From contig OZ242029.1 of assembly GCA_965205015.1 (NCBI GenBank), positions 2,368,001-2,432,000 of the forward strand: DNA of 64,000 nucleotides. The letters run 5' to 3'. The position numbers were made by a program, and so were the translations under genes. Source of the stretch: Candidatus Poribacteria bacterium (GTDB lineage Bacteria; Poribacteria; WGA-4E; WGA-3G). Shown in pieces: positions 42,130 through 51,297 of this stretch; the first letter of the stretch is position 1; every line of letters starts with the position of its first letter. Below the pieces are notes generated by a model that saw nothing but the letters and a program-made list of their open reading frames with translations, was not told the DNA's origin and did not search any database.

Positions 42130-43088
42130 TCCGCTTTCATTTTTCCCCAGACTGTGGTAAGCAACTGCGGTTGCGGTGCAACAGGCAACGTCACAAATGC
42201 TGGATTGAACCAAGAGGGTGCAATGTTTAAACCACGACGCGTCAGTTGTTTTTTCCGTCGAGTCTGCAAATCAATTGTGACAATTTGACGATCCCCGTCT
42301 ACGACTTCCTCCGCATAAACCAGCTTTTCGCCATCGGGTGACCACGTCGGCTGAAAGATACCCAGCACAGGTTTACCAATTTGCTTCAATCCGCTCCCAT
42401 CGCGATTTGCAACATGAATTGTGTCCCTACCGCCCAGACCCCATTTTAACCAAGAAAACGCCAGTTTTTTCCCATCTGGGGACCACGCCGGACTGTACAT
42501 CCACGACGCTTCATTCGGTAGAAACGTTCGTTTTTTCCGAGAACGGAGTTCCGCAATGTATATCCGACGACTATGTGCGCCAGCAACGAACGCGATCTCC
42601 TCTCCATCGGGGGACCACGAGGGATTACCACCCTGCACCTCCGCCAAAGCCACCTGAACGCCACCGATACCGTGTATCGTCCCGGTTTGGATGCTCCATT
42701 GCGGCATTTCCGCATGATAAACAATCCTTTGTCCATCCGGTGCCCACGTCGGTTCTCTTCTCTGTGCTTTTTTCTTAAAAACCCGTCGCACATTTCGTCC
42801 ATCCGCATCCATCAGAAAGATATCGCGGAGGCCGTCACGGTTAGAAACAAAAAGAATGTGCTCACCTGTCGGAGACCAAACAGGACCGTAATCTCCTGCG
42901 TTATTTCGGGTGAGTTGCTCTTGTTGACTTCCATCAGGGTTCATAATATAGATCTCCCAATTCCCACTACGGTTCGATGAAAACGCGATTTTCTCAGTTT
43001 TCGGAGCTTTTGCCAAAACCTGACCTATATGCGTGAACACCACTACTAAACTGACACAGCAAAAAGTAAAGATACGTCCGCCCTTCAT
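42126..43088 (-). CDS. TolB-like (PD40) beta-propeller protein
   Basis: Repeated PxWSPDG; C-terminal [18 protein letters not shown]; aggag RBS before ATG 43088. Confidence 0.88.
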   Translation of the reverse strand: MKGGRIFTFCCVSLVVVFTHIGQVLAKAPKTEKIAFSSNRSGNWEIYIMNPDGSQQEQLTRNNAGDYGPVWSPTGEHILFVSNRDGLRDIFLMDADGRNVRRVFKKKAQRREPTWAPDGQRIVYHAEMPQWSIQTGTIHGIGGVQVALAEVQGGNPSWSPDGEEIAFVAGAHSRRIYIAELRSRKKRTFLPNEASWMYSPAWSPDGKKLAFSWLKWGLGGRDTIHVANRDGSGLKQIGKPVLGIFQPTWSPDGEKLVYAEEVVDGDRQIVTIDLQTRRKKQLTRRGLNIAPSWFNPAFVTLPVAPQPQLLTTVWGKMKAD

Positions 43089-43161
43089 AAAATTTTCTCT
43101 CCTGAAATATAGCACTGATAGTGTATTCGTCTTGTATTTTCATCTACCGCCTTTGCGGTCA

Positions 43162-43536
43162 TTACCACGCTTCAGTTTTGCGTCGGTAATCTATTTTATA
43201 TATAGTGCCGACACTGTTCACGTAGACATAGGTATGATAATAATCATCGCGTCCGGTAGCCGTTTCTCCCAATGCCGCTAATAGATTGACAACAATCTCA
43301 GCTTGTGACTCAATGTCATAAACGAAAGTATGCCTATAGTTACCTTGACCTATGGGCGTTGACTGTTTCGGATCGGGGTTTTCCTCCAGAAATTCTTCAA
43401 AGGATTTGTCCAACCAAGGACTATAGAAAGTTTCAACACCTTGATCATGTTCGACAGTGTGTGTCGCACAACCGATTACTGTGAGTATAAGCACACAAAC
43501 GATAGACAAGACCGTGTATTCAAATCTGCAATTCAT
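43162..43536 (-). CDS. Hypothetical lipoprotein
   Basis: Lipobox VIGC; aaggagg RBS. Confidence 0.7.
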   Translation of the reverse strand: MNCRFEYTVLSIVCVLILTVIGCATHTVEHDQGVETFYSPWLDKSFEEFLEENPDPKQSTPIGQGNYRHTFVYDIESQAEIVVNLLAALGETATGRDDYYHTYVYVNSVGTIYKIDYRRKTEAW

Positions 43537-43623
43537 GGGTTCCTCCTTGGTAGTGAGGTCCGTAACCTCTTGGGTAGTTGTATAAAAGCCTTCGTTTGTA
43601 CCTGTCTTTAGATGTTGCCCGAA

Positions 43624-44265
43624 CTATTCAATCCGTTCGAAGGTGCAGCGGATGTTCCCGCGGTGGAGCCATCCGTCGGGTGCTAATACCATGCCGAGAT
43701 CTAATGTCAAATCCAAACGCGTCTCTTTGATGGAAACCCGTATGATTTTTGTCCCTATCATCGTAGTATCAACTTCTCCATCACCGAGAAGCACCTGCTT
43801 AGGGGTTCCCTTCGCGAAATCGAATATCAGATCCGGTATCTGTGAACCGGAGATTGGATAGAACTGAAGCCACCCGCTTTGTGGTTTATCCTCTCCATGA
43901 ACACTCCGCGTCGTGTATGTCCCGTGGAACTTCGCAAGCATGTTTTCAACACGATAAGCGTAATTGTCGCCATTCTTCCGAAATTGCAGTCTAAGTCCTT
44001 TGAGTCTACGAGCGGTGCGTGCGGCTTTTGCCTTCAAGATGTCTTCGCTCCCACCCCGTTCCTCAACAATGAGTTCAAGAAATTGCCACTGACCGAGCAT
44101 GTCGTTCGATAGAAAGTCTCGACTGCGTTTAACTGCCACTTTTCCTCGGGCATCTTCATACGCCTCCCGACGGATGTCGCGCTCGTGTTGCATCTGCTGG
44201 TATTTCGCAGAGGTGCAACCCGTCAGGACCAGAGCTATGACGCTAAGTGGCATTAAGATTTCCAC
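43624..44265 (-). CDS. Lipocalin-like lipoprotein paralogue 5
   Basis: GTG start just after the upstream stop; LTGC lipobox; LGQWQFL; GW..GNIRCTFERI. Confidence 0.75.
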   Translation of the reverse strand: MEILMPLSVIALVLTGCTSAKYQQMQHERDIRREAYEDARGKVAVKRSRDFLSNDMLGQWQFLELIVEERGGSEDILKAKAARTARRLKGLRLQFRKNGDNYAYRVENMLAKFHGTYTTRSVHGEDKPQSGWLQFYPISGSQIPDLIFDFAKGTPKQVLLGDGEVDTTMIGTKIIRVSIKETRLDLTLDLGMVLAPDGWLHRGNIRCTFERIE

Positions 44266-44267
44266 AC

Positions 44268-45170
44268 TTATTCGATCCGTTTGAAAGTGCATCGCAGTCC
44301 TCCGGTTCGCATCCAACCTTCCGGTGTTAACTCCATATCTCCATAGAGAACTAAATAAAGTGTATCCTCTGTCACCGTGATTCCTGCGATTGAGGCGATT
44401 GTATAGGCGGTTTTCGCGGAGGCTCTCCGTCCGATTTGTGCTCCCATCCTGCGTCTTCTCTCGGCATCCGCCTGTTTCTTCTTGGCAACCATCTGCTTGA
44501 TGGGTTCGGAACCGAATAGGAACTCAAGCATCTCCGGTCCCGTCCGTTGATTAAAACTGATGAAAGGGAGCGGATCGTCGCCATATCGCTTGGTGGTGAT
44601 GGAGCACCGTCCGGTGACATTCGTGCCGCGATTGCTACCGCTGTAATGATACGAGCCGCGGTCCTCGAAAAATTCGAGCGTCAGGTTTTTGCGTGTAGAT
44701 GCGATAAGCGCGGCTTTTGCGCCAAGCATTTGTTGATTGGATTCTTCATCCTCCACCTCAATGGGTGGTAGACGGGTCGCATTTGCTTCTGGGGTCTGTG
44801 TCTCTGCCTCTATGTTCGGTAGGTTTTGTGCCTCTGCTCGTTCAGAGGCATTGGGGGCTGCTTGTTGGCTTGTAACACCTTTAGAAGCCACCGCTGTGGA
44901 AAGGGTCGGCGAGTTGATTGGCTGTAAGGACATGGAATCTGCCCGCCGCGCCGTGACACTCCCTTTTTCGACTTCTAAGTCGACATACTGCCATTTGCCG
45001 ACGAGAAGGTCTTTTACGGCGTCCTTCACCCTTTCCGGGTTGTGTTTTTCGCGTGCGGCATCATAAGCCTCAATCAAACGTTCTCGTTCATACTGCGTTT
45101 CCGGGGATATCAGCGTTCCGCAACTTGTGAACGCTATCACCAGAATCCCCAAGGCTATTAACATTTTCAT
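44268..45170 (-). CDS. Lipocalin-like lipoprotein paralogue 4
   Basis: FTSC lipobox; VGKWQY; KNLTLEFF; GWMRTGGLRCTFKRI. Confidence 0.8.
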   Translation of the reverse strand: MKMLIALGILVIAFTSCGTLISPETQYERERLIEAYDAAREKHNPERVKDAVKDLLVGKWQYVDLEVEKGSVTARRADSMSLQPINSPTLSTAVASKGVTSQQAAPNASERAEAQNLPNIEAETQTPEANATRLPPIEVEDEESNQQMLGAKAALIASTRKNLTLEFFEDRGSYHYSGSNRGTNVTGRCSITTKRYGDDPLPFISFNQRTGPEMLEFLFGSEPIKQMVAKKKQADAERRRRMGAQIGRRASAKTAYTIASIAGITVTEDTLYLVLYGDMELTPEGWMRTGGLRCTFKRIE

Positions 45171-45233
45171 CGACTTTCCTCCTTGCTTTGAACACATAGT
45201 GTTCTATCGGCTTTCAAGTTGAGGGTAATCCCA

Positions 45234-46166
45234 TTATTCAATCCGCTTAAAGGCACCTCGCATACCGCCGGTTCGTATCCAACCTTTGGGGGTTAGTTCC
45301 ATATCTCCATGTAGAATTATATAGAGTCGGTCGTCCGTCACTTCGATTCCCAGTGCTGAAGTTGGGACATAGGAGACCCCTTTTGGAGCGGCTTTTTCAC
45401 CACCTTTTCCGCTCAGTCTACGGACATTTTCGTGCTTGTCCCACCATAGGGGTTGATTGGTATTTACATAATTTTTCCCTGCCAGTCTCTGCGTATTTTC
45501 GGCAAACGCTTGCTTGCCTCTGGTGACCATAAGTCTTGTAGGTTCGGAAGTAAACAGGAACTCAAGCATCTTCGGACCTGTGCGGCGTCTAAACCGGATC
45601 AGCGGCAAAGGGGCATCCCCAACGCGTGGAGCGATCACCTTACATTGCCCTGTGACCTTCCTGCCGCGGTTGCTACCACGGTAATAAAGGGATGTCCGTT
45701 CCTCATAAAATTCGAGCGTTAAATTTTTACGGTTTGCCGAGGCTAATGCCATCTTCGCCGCAATTATCTTTTGATTATCTTCGCGTTCCTCGACCGTGAT
45801 CGGAGATAATTGCACCCGATCCGTTTCAGAGGTCTGGTCCTCTGTGTCAGACGCATCGGATTCAAGTGCTGTTGGCGTTTGCGCCTTGGCATCGGAAGGC
45901 GCTGCTGTTCCATCGCTCTCGAATGTTGGATTCGCCGTCTGTGCGTTGACGGTCTCGTTTTGGATTTCTATGCCGATAAACTGCCATTTGCCGGTTAGCT
46001 GCGCTTTTATCTCGCTTTTCATCTCCTCTGGATCGAATTTCATGTGCGCATCTTCGTAATCCTCAATTGATCTACTGCGCTCCTGTTGTGCTTCTTGGTA
46101 TAGCACGCTGGTACAACTTGTAAACACTACTAACACGAAGATAGTGAACGACATTAGCATTTTCAC
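45234..46166 (-). CDS. Lipocalin-like lipoprotein paralogue 3
   Basis: FTSC lipobox; TGKWQF; KNLTLEFY; GWIRTGGMRGAFKRI. Confidence 0.8.
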   Translation of the reverse strand: MKMLMSFTIFVLVVFTSCTSVLYQEAQQERSRSIEDYEDAHMKFDPEEMKSEIKAQLTGKWQFIGIEIQNETVNAQTANPTFESDGTAAPSDAKAQTPTALESDASDTEDQTSETDRVQLSPITVEEREDNQKIIAAKMALASANRKNLTLEFYEERTSLYYRGSNRGRKVTGQCKVIAPRVGDAPLPLIRFRRRTGPKMLEFLFTSEPTRLMVTRGKQAFAENTQRLAGKNYVNTNQPLWWDKHENVRRLSGKGGEKAAPKGVSYVPTSALGIEVTDDRLYIILHGDMELTPKGWIRTGGMRGAFKRIE

Positions 46167-46189
46167 GATTTTTTCTCCTTAATAGGGTC

Positions 46190-46819
46190 TTATTTGATCC
46201 GTTTGAAAGTGCAACGAATCCCGCCGCTTCGAGCCCAACCGTCAGAAGTCAATACCATCTTTCCGTACACCGTCAGGTACAATTTGTCATCCGTCACCGA
46301 GATACCGAGCCAATTATCTGCAGCGGTCTTCATGGAAACGGTATCTGGGTTTTTCAATCTACTTGCGGACATATTCGTTAAAAAATCGTAGAGTGGCAAG
46401 CCTGTGTCCCGAAAGACCCGCAGATACGGAAGTGGTTCATCGCCGTAACGCTGGGAGGCGATTTTGAAACTTCCCGTCACCTCCGTGTCTCCATTTTTAC
46501 TGCGATATCGACGGAATACGTTTCGGTCCATAAAAAATTCAAGCGTGAGATTTTTACGAGTCCTTGCCTGGCGTTCATACTTTAACGCCGCTATCTCTTC
46601 ACTGAGGTCGCCTTCGGCAACCTCCATATCCAGAAATTGCCATTTGCCAATCAGTTTCTCGGTTAAGTCAGTTTCCAACCGCCGCGGGTCGTGTTTTCTG
46701 AGCGCCTCTTCATGGGCTGCCCGTCGTCGATCGCGTTCGTTCTGCATCTCTTGATACTGTGCACTGGTGCACCCTACAAAAATCAATATTCCGAAGGTGA
46801 AGACGCTTAATATTTTCAT
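46190..46819 (-). CDS. Lipocalin-like lipoprotein paralogue 2
   Basis: FVGC lipobox; IGKWQF; KNLTLEFF; GWARSGGIRCTFKRI. Confidence 0.8.
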   Translation of the reverse strand: MKILSVFTFGILIFVGCTSAQYQEMQNERDRRRAAHEEALRKHDPRRLETDLTEKLIGKWQFLDMEVAEGDLSEEIAALKYERQARTRKNLTLEFFMDRNVFRRYRSKNGDTEVTGSFKIASQRYGDEPLPYLRVFRDTGLPLYDFLTNMSASRLKNPDTVSMKTAADNWLGISVTDDKLYLTVYGKMVLTSDGWARSGGIRCTFKRIK

Positions 46820-47445
46820 TTTCCAATCCTTTCAAAATAACACCGCACGCCACCGCTTTGCACCCAGCCCTTAGGACTTAATTGCATCTTGCCGTGCATT
46901 GTGAGATATAACCTATCTTCTGTAACCGAGAGACTGATCTCATTCGCTGTATCAAGTCCAGACGCACCCGACAAACCAAGCGTTCTTCCATCGGAACTTG
47001 CTGCGAAGAGGAGTTGTGACATCTCCGGACCGGAGCGTCTGATGAACCGAATAAACGGAAACGGTTCGTCGCCGTATCGCACAGTAATGACAGTGAATTG
47101 ACCCAACACCTCCGTGTGACCGTTTTCGCCACGGTAGTTGTATATCCCCTTTTCCTCGAAGAATTCAAGCGTGAGATTCTTCAAGTCAAGCGCATAAAGG
47201 GCGGCTTTGGTCTCCGCGATCTCCTCGCTGACACTGCTTTCCTCTATCTCGAGGTTCAGAAACTTCCACTTCCCGAGGAGTGTGTCGGTTACATCGGTTT
47301 TGAGTGTGAGTTCGTTGTGTTCTTCGCGAAGGTCTTCGTAATTCTTGAGCAGTTGATCGCGTTCCGCTTGCATCTTTTGGTACTCGGCACTCGTACAACC
47401 GGCGAACATCAGAGCGCAGATACCAAAAACGATCCAGATTTTCAT
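46816..47445 (-). CDS. Lipocalin-like lipoprotein paralogue 1
   Basis: FAGC lipobox; LGKWKF; KNLTLEFF; GWVQSGGVRCYFERI. Confidence 0.8.
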   Translation of the reverse strand: MKIWIVFGICALMFAGCTSAEYQKMQAERDQLLKNYEDLREEHNELTLKTDVTDTLLGKWKFLNLEIEESSVSEEIAETKAALYALDLKNLTLEFFEEKGIYNYRGENGHTEVLGQFTVITVRYGDEPFPFIRFIRRSGPEMSQLLFAASSDGRTLGLSGASGLDTANEISLSVTEDRLYLTMHGKMQLSPKGWVQSGGVRCYFERIGK

Positions 47446-47500
47446 CAGTGCTTCTCCTTATTATCGGCATACATAGGGGTGCCCTTCCCGTTACAGCTGT

Positions 47501-47529
47501 ATTATACCAGAGCAACTTGTAAATGACAA
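47501..47529 (-). promoter_or_regulatory. sigma70-type promoter of the lipoprotein array
   Basis: TTGTCA-N17-TATAAT on the minus strand. Confidence 0.7.
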
Positions 47530-47557
47530 ACCTTCAGTTTGTATTCTTAGAAACCTA

Positions 47558-48538
47558 CTATTCCCATTTCAATTCGCTCCATGTCGTTGTTAACAATTGT
47601 GATTGGGGTGTAACAGGCAACGCCGCTGGGTCAAACCAATCGGCATTCCAATTTTCCTCATTATGCGTAATTTGTATTGTTCTGCGATTACCCAATGTAA
47701 GTGTGAAAAGTTGACTCTTGTTGTCAACATCTTTTTCATAAATGAGTTCGTCCCCACGCGGACTCCAAGCCGGTCGATCCGCACCCGAATTTTTAGGTAC
47801 AACCGCTTTCATATCGCTTCCGTCAGGATTCACAACGTAAATTGTCCCCTTCTCACCTGCCATCCATGGATTTTCAGCAAAGGCGATTTGATCGCCTGAT
47901 GGAGACCAAGCGGGCCTCGTCAAACGTAGTCGAGGCTTTGGAAGGATTTCCTTTCGTTTTTTCCCCTGCGGAGATATTAAAATTAGTGGATAGCCCGGTA
48001 GATCTTCTATTAGTACTGGACCCTTCGGTGCCTTTGGGCTAAAAGTAAAGGCAATCGTTTCACCATCGGGCGACCATGCAGGATACCCACCGAACTTACC
48101 TGTTTTTGCGACAGGGATTTCCTGTCGTTTATTAATGTTAGCAACATAAAGTGTCGCTTCATTATATCGGAGGTAAGCAAATCTTTCACCATCCGGGCTC
48201 CAGGCTGGTTCAGATCTATCGACCGTGCTTTTAAACACCTTCTCTACATTTCTACCATCGGCATTCATGAGATACAAATCACGAACACCGTCGCGATGTG
48301 AAACAAAGAGAATTTGCTCTCCAGTTGGAGACCAAACAGGTTCATAATCGCGTGTAGGATGGTCTGTTAATCTGATAACTCCACTCCCGTCTGGATTCAT
48401 TAGGTAGATTTCCAGATTCCCATCGCGGCTCGATGAAAATACAATTTTCGCTGTTTCAGGGGCTTTGGCATCAACGGACAAACCACCGTTGCAGAGCTGT
48501 AGCAGAATCAGTAAACACAAAACTAATGTGAGTTTCAC
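47558..48538 (-). CDS. TolB-like (PD40) beta-propeller protein
   Basis: PxWSP repeats; C-terminal LPVTPQSQLLTTTWSELK. Confidence 0.88.
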   Translation of the reverse strand: MKLTLVLCLLILLQLCNGGLSVDAKAPETAKIVFSSSRDGNLEIYLMNPDGSGVIRLTDHPTRDYEPVWSPTGEQILFVSHRDGVRDLYLMNADGRNVEKVFKSTVDRSEPAWSPDGERFAYLRYNEATLYVANINKRQEIPVAKTGKFGGYPAWSPDGETIAFTFSPKAPKGPVLIEDLPGYPLILISPQGKKRKEILPKPRLRLTRPAWSPSGDQIAFAENPWMAGEKGTIYVVNPDGSDMKAVVPKNSGADRPAWSPRGDELIYEKDVDNKSQLFTLTLGNRRTIQITHNEENWNADWFDPAALPVTPQSQLLTTTWSELKWE

Positions 48539-48573
48539 AGAGGCCCTCCGTGGTTGATTGTATGTTTTACTAT

Positions 48574-48604
48574 AATGACGCGATTTTACTGCCGAAAGGT
48601 TGCA
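48574..48604 (-). promoter_or_regulatory. Putative ECF-type promoter TGCAAC-N19-GTCATT
   Basis: Shares the core taaaatcgcgtc and identical spacing with motifs upstream of the ECF sigma gene. Confidence 0.55.
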
Positions 48605-48678
48605 TTATCTCAAATAATCAGGGTTCCTACGATAAAAAAATCCGCTGCGAGGGCGTCCGATCATAACGCCCTTTGCTT

Positions 48679-51114
48679 TCAGAATTCAAGCGTCAATCCG
48701 AAATAAATGATCCGAGGGAGTTGTTGGGCATCAAAGACTTCACGTTCAATGCCAACCTCCTGACCTTGGACGTCAAGCGTTGCCTCTTCAAAAATGAACT
48801 GTATCGTATTCTTGCGATTGTATACATTCAGAACATCAAGGAATCCACCGACACGTAATCCCCAGAGTCTCCATTTATAACTCACCCGCAAGTCCAACTT
48901 ATGATACGGTGCGAGTTCTGTGCTTAATTGTTCATCGGCACTCGCCAAAAGCGGGTTCAGTCCACGCGTTACGGGGTCTTGGATGAGAACGATGGAGCTG
49001 ATAGGTACTTCCGAGGTGCCGCTGAGATACTGCCATTTCGCGCCGATCTCAAAATTCGGTGTAAAGTTATAGTTGGCGACTACACTGACGATGTGGGTAT
49101 TATCAAAGAGGTAAGGTTGATAGGCGGTGTCTGGAGTCTCGCGTCGTTCAGCGTGTGTATACGCATACGAAATCCAACCGAAGAACTTATCTGGGATCCG
49201 ATGCCGTAAGAAGACCTCTGCACCGCCGACGTACGCCGTCCCTTGATTGAGGTAGTTCGAGACTTCATCGGGTGTTACCAGCTTCCGTGCGTCCTTGTAA
49301 TAGGTGGCAAGTTTGAGTTCGGTCCGCGATGAGAGCTCGTGTTCTAATTCCATGATATAGTGCCGCGTGAGACTCGATTCCAACGTCCGGTTGCCGTTTT
49401 CTGCTAACAGGTGAGAGGGTTGTGGACTCTGTTCATAATGTCCATACGCGAAGCGGAGATTAGAACCGTTTGTCAGTGTGAAACTCACACTGCCTCGCGG
49501 TTGAACGGAGACCTGTTCTGTCACATTCAGGTAATCCAATCGAACACCGAGAGCGACAGATAAAAACGAAAGCGGGTCATATCGTCCCTGCACATACCCT
49601 TCAGTCCGATAAAAATCGTGTCCGAATTCATCGTGTACCTCCTCGAAAGGGGACTCCTGAACGACTTCACCGTCAGGTGTCTCCGTTGTATAACTTAGAT
49701 CAGAATCTGACTCGAAATTTTCCTCAACCCAGCCGTTTTCAGAACTTTTCGCCGGATTGAAGGCGTAGAGAAAACCTGACTCCAATTGAAGTTTAGGGTT
49801 TAACCTGTAGGTGACATCCTCGCGCAGAGTATAAACGGGGGCATTAATCTTTATCTCATAGTGGGCGAAGTTCGCCTCATAACTTGAAGGGTCCACCCTG
49901 CCCTCAATGACGGTGTAACTCTCCCCGGTCACAGCTTGGAGGTCGATATTCAGAAAATTATAGGAACGGGTCAAAGAGAGATGAGAAGTAAGATTTTCGG
50001 TGAAATTTGAGCGGAGATGCAGCCCCTGTCCATTGAACCCGTTTTTGAAAAGGACACTGGAACGTGCAGCATCTTCATAGGGAATTTCGGCTTCCATATA
50101 GGGAATTTCCTCTACATTTTGTAATTCTTCGTCCTCTTCTACCAAGGTCGCGTTTTCCTCAATCCTAAAATGGTCAGTTGCAGCGAAGGCGTTCACTGTG
50201 AGATGATGTTTTTCGCCAAGCGTCTGGGCAAATTTGAGTTGATAATCTGAGAAATAGGGCAATTGCTGTGCCGTTCCCGTCTGACTCTCAATGATCGGAC
50301 CAGCGATGAGGTCTAAGTAACTGCGCCGTCCAGAGGCGGAGATATATCCCTTGTCACCGATTCTGGCTTCAAGTAGCCCTTCAGAATAGAGGATGTTTAG
50401 GTTAAATTTCCCATCTAACCGCTCTTCAATGCTGTCCCGTGCATGGATGTCAAGCACAGCTTGTGAGTCCAGTCCGAATTCGGCACCGTAACCCCCGGCG
50501 TAGATGTCAATTGTCTCAATCGTTTCAGAACTGATCGTCGAAAGTAAACCGCCCCAGTGGAAAGGGTAACCGAGAGGCGTTCGGTCAAGATAATACAAAT
50601 TTGAGCCGGGTTCACTTCCCCGAATGTAGAGGACCCCGAAGTAATCGTTTGGGATACCGATACTCGGAAGCGTCGTTAAACCTTTGAGTGCGTCATTGGC
50701 GGTCCCTGGAATCCGTAGGAGTTCACTCCCACGGATTTCTGTGCGACTCACCGTCGGTGGAAGGCGTTTCCCTTCTACGACAACTGCTTCGAGTTTAAAG
50801 GCAACGCCGAGGTGTATTTTGACTTCAGTGGTATCGCCGCTACTGATGTTCACCGACATTTTTGTAGGTGCCATTTCCGCGGGGTGTGTTACGACAAAGG
50901 TATATGTGCCTTCAGGCAGTTCTGTGAATTGGAAGACTCCGTTTTCATCGGTTTTTTGGTGTTGGTCGGTTTCGAGGATATGAACATCAGCGTCTACGAG
51001 GGTTTTGCCTGTACTTCGCTGATAGACGGTTCCTTGAATATCGCCGGTTTGGGCTAGGACAGAGAGTGGCATGGTGATAAACGCAAATAGAACTATGACG
51101 AGTTGTGGTTTCAT
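48679..51114 (-). CDS. TonB-dependent receptor
   Basis: Carboxypeptidase-regulatory-like N domain, plug IRGS..N, GGYGAEFG, LNVYNRKN, C-terminal LTLEF. Confidence 0.92.
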   Translation of the reverse strand: MKPQLVIVLFAFITMPLSVLAQTGDIQGTVYQRSTGKTLVDADVHILETDQHQKTDENGVFQFTELPEGTYTFVVTHPAEMAPTKMSVNISSGDTTEVKIHLGVAFKLEAVVVEGKRLPPTVSRTEIRGSELLRIPGTANDALKGLTTLPSIGIPNDYFGVLYIRGSEPGSNLYYLDRTPLGYPFHWGGLLSTISSETIETIDIYAGGYGAEFGLDSQAVLDIHARDSIEERLDGKFNLNILYSEGLLEARIGDKGYISASGRRSYLDLIAGPIIESQTGTAQQLPYFSDYQLKFAQTLGEKHHLTVNAFAATDHFRIEENATLVEEDEELQNVEEIPYMEAEIPYEDAARSSVLFKNGFNGQGLHLRSNFTENLTSHLSLTRSYNFLNIDLQAVTGESYTVIEGRVDPSSYEANFAHYEIKINAPVYTLREDVTYRLNPKLQLESGFLYAFNPAKSSENGWVEENFESDSDLSYTTETPDGEVVQESPFEEVHDEFGHDFYRTEGYVQGRYDPLSFLSVALGVRLDYLNVTEQVSVQPRGSVSFTLTNGSNLRFAYGHYEQSPQPSHLLAENGNRTLESSLTRHYIMELEHELSSRTELKLATYYKDARKLVTPDEVSNYLNQGTAYVGGAEVFLRHRIPDKFFGWISYAYTHAERRETPDTAYQPYLFDNTHIVSVVANYNFTPNFEIGAKWQYLSGTSEVPISSIVLIQDPVTRGLNPLLASADEQLSTELAPYHKLDLRVSYKWRLWGLRVGGFLDVLNVYNRKNTIQFIFEEATLDVQGQEVGIEREVFDAQQLPRIIYFGLTLEF

Positions 51115-51212
51115 TCAGTGGCTGTGACCTCCGCTTCGGGTATTGACATAACAATTCAACGCTCAATTGCGTTTTTGGGTTTACTCAAGAGTTATTTTTC
51201 CACGGTATGCAG

Positions 51213-51249
51213 AAAAGCCGAGCGTGTAACATACATACGCTCGGCTTTG
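51213..51249 (-). terminator. Intrinsic terminator between the two receptors
   Basis: aaagccgagcgt-loop-acgctcggcttt. Confidence 0.7.
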
Positions 51250-51297
51250 TCAATGTCGAAAATGGATAAGTGGATTTGATATGTGAGTGGAGTATTC

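Noticed and set aside
43624-47445. Diversity-generating retroelement targets
   Set aside because: No reverse transcriptase and no near-identical template/variable repeat pair; the paralogues are diverged throughout
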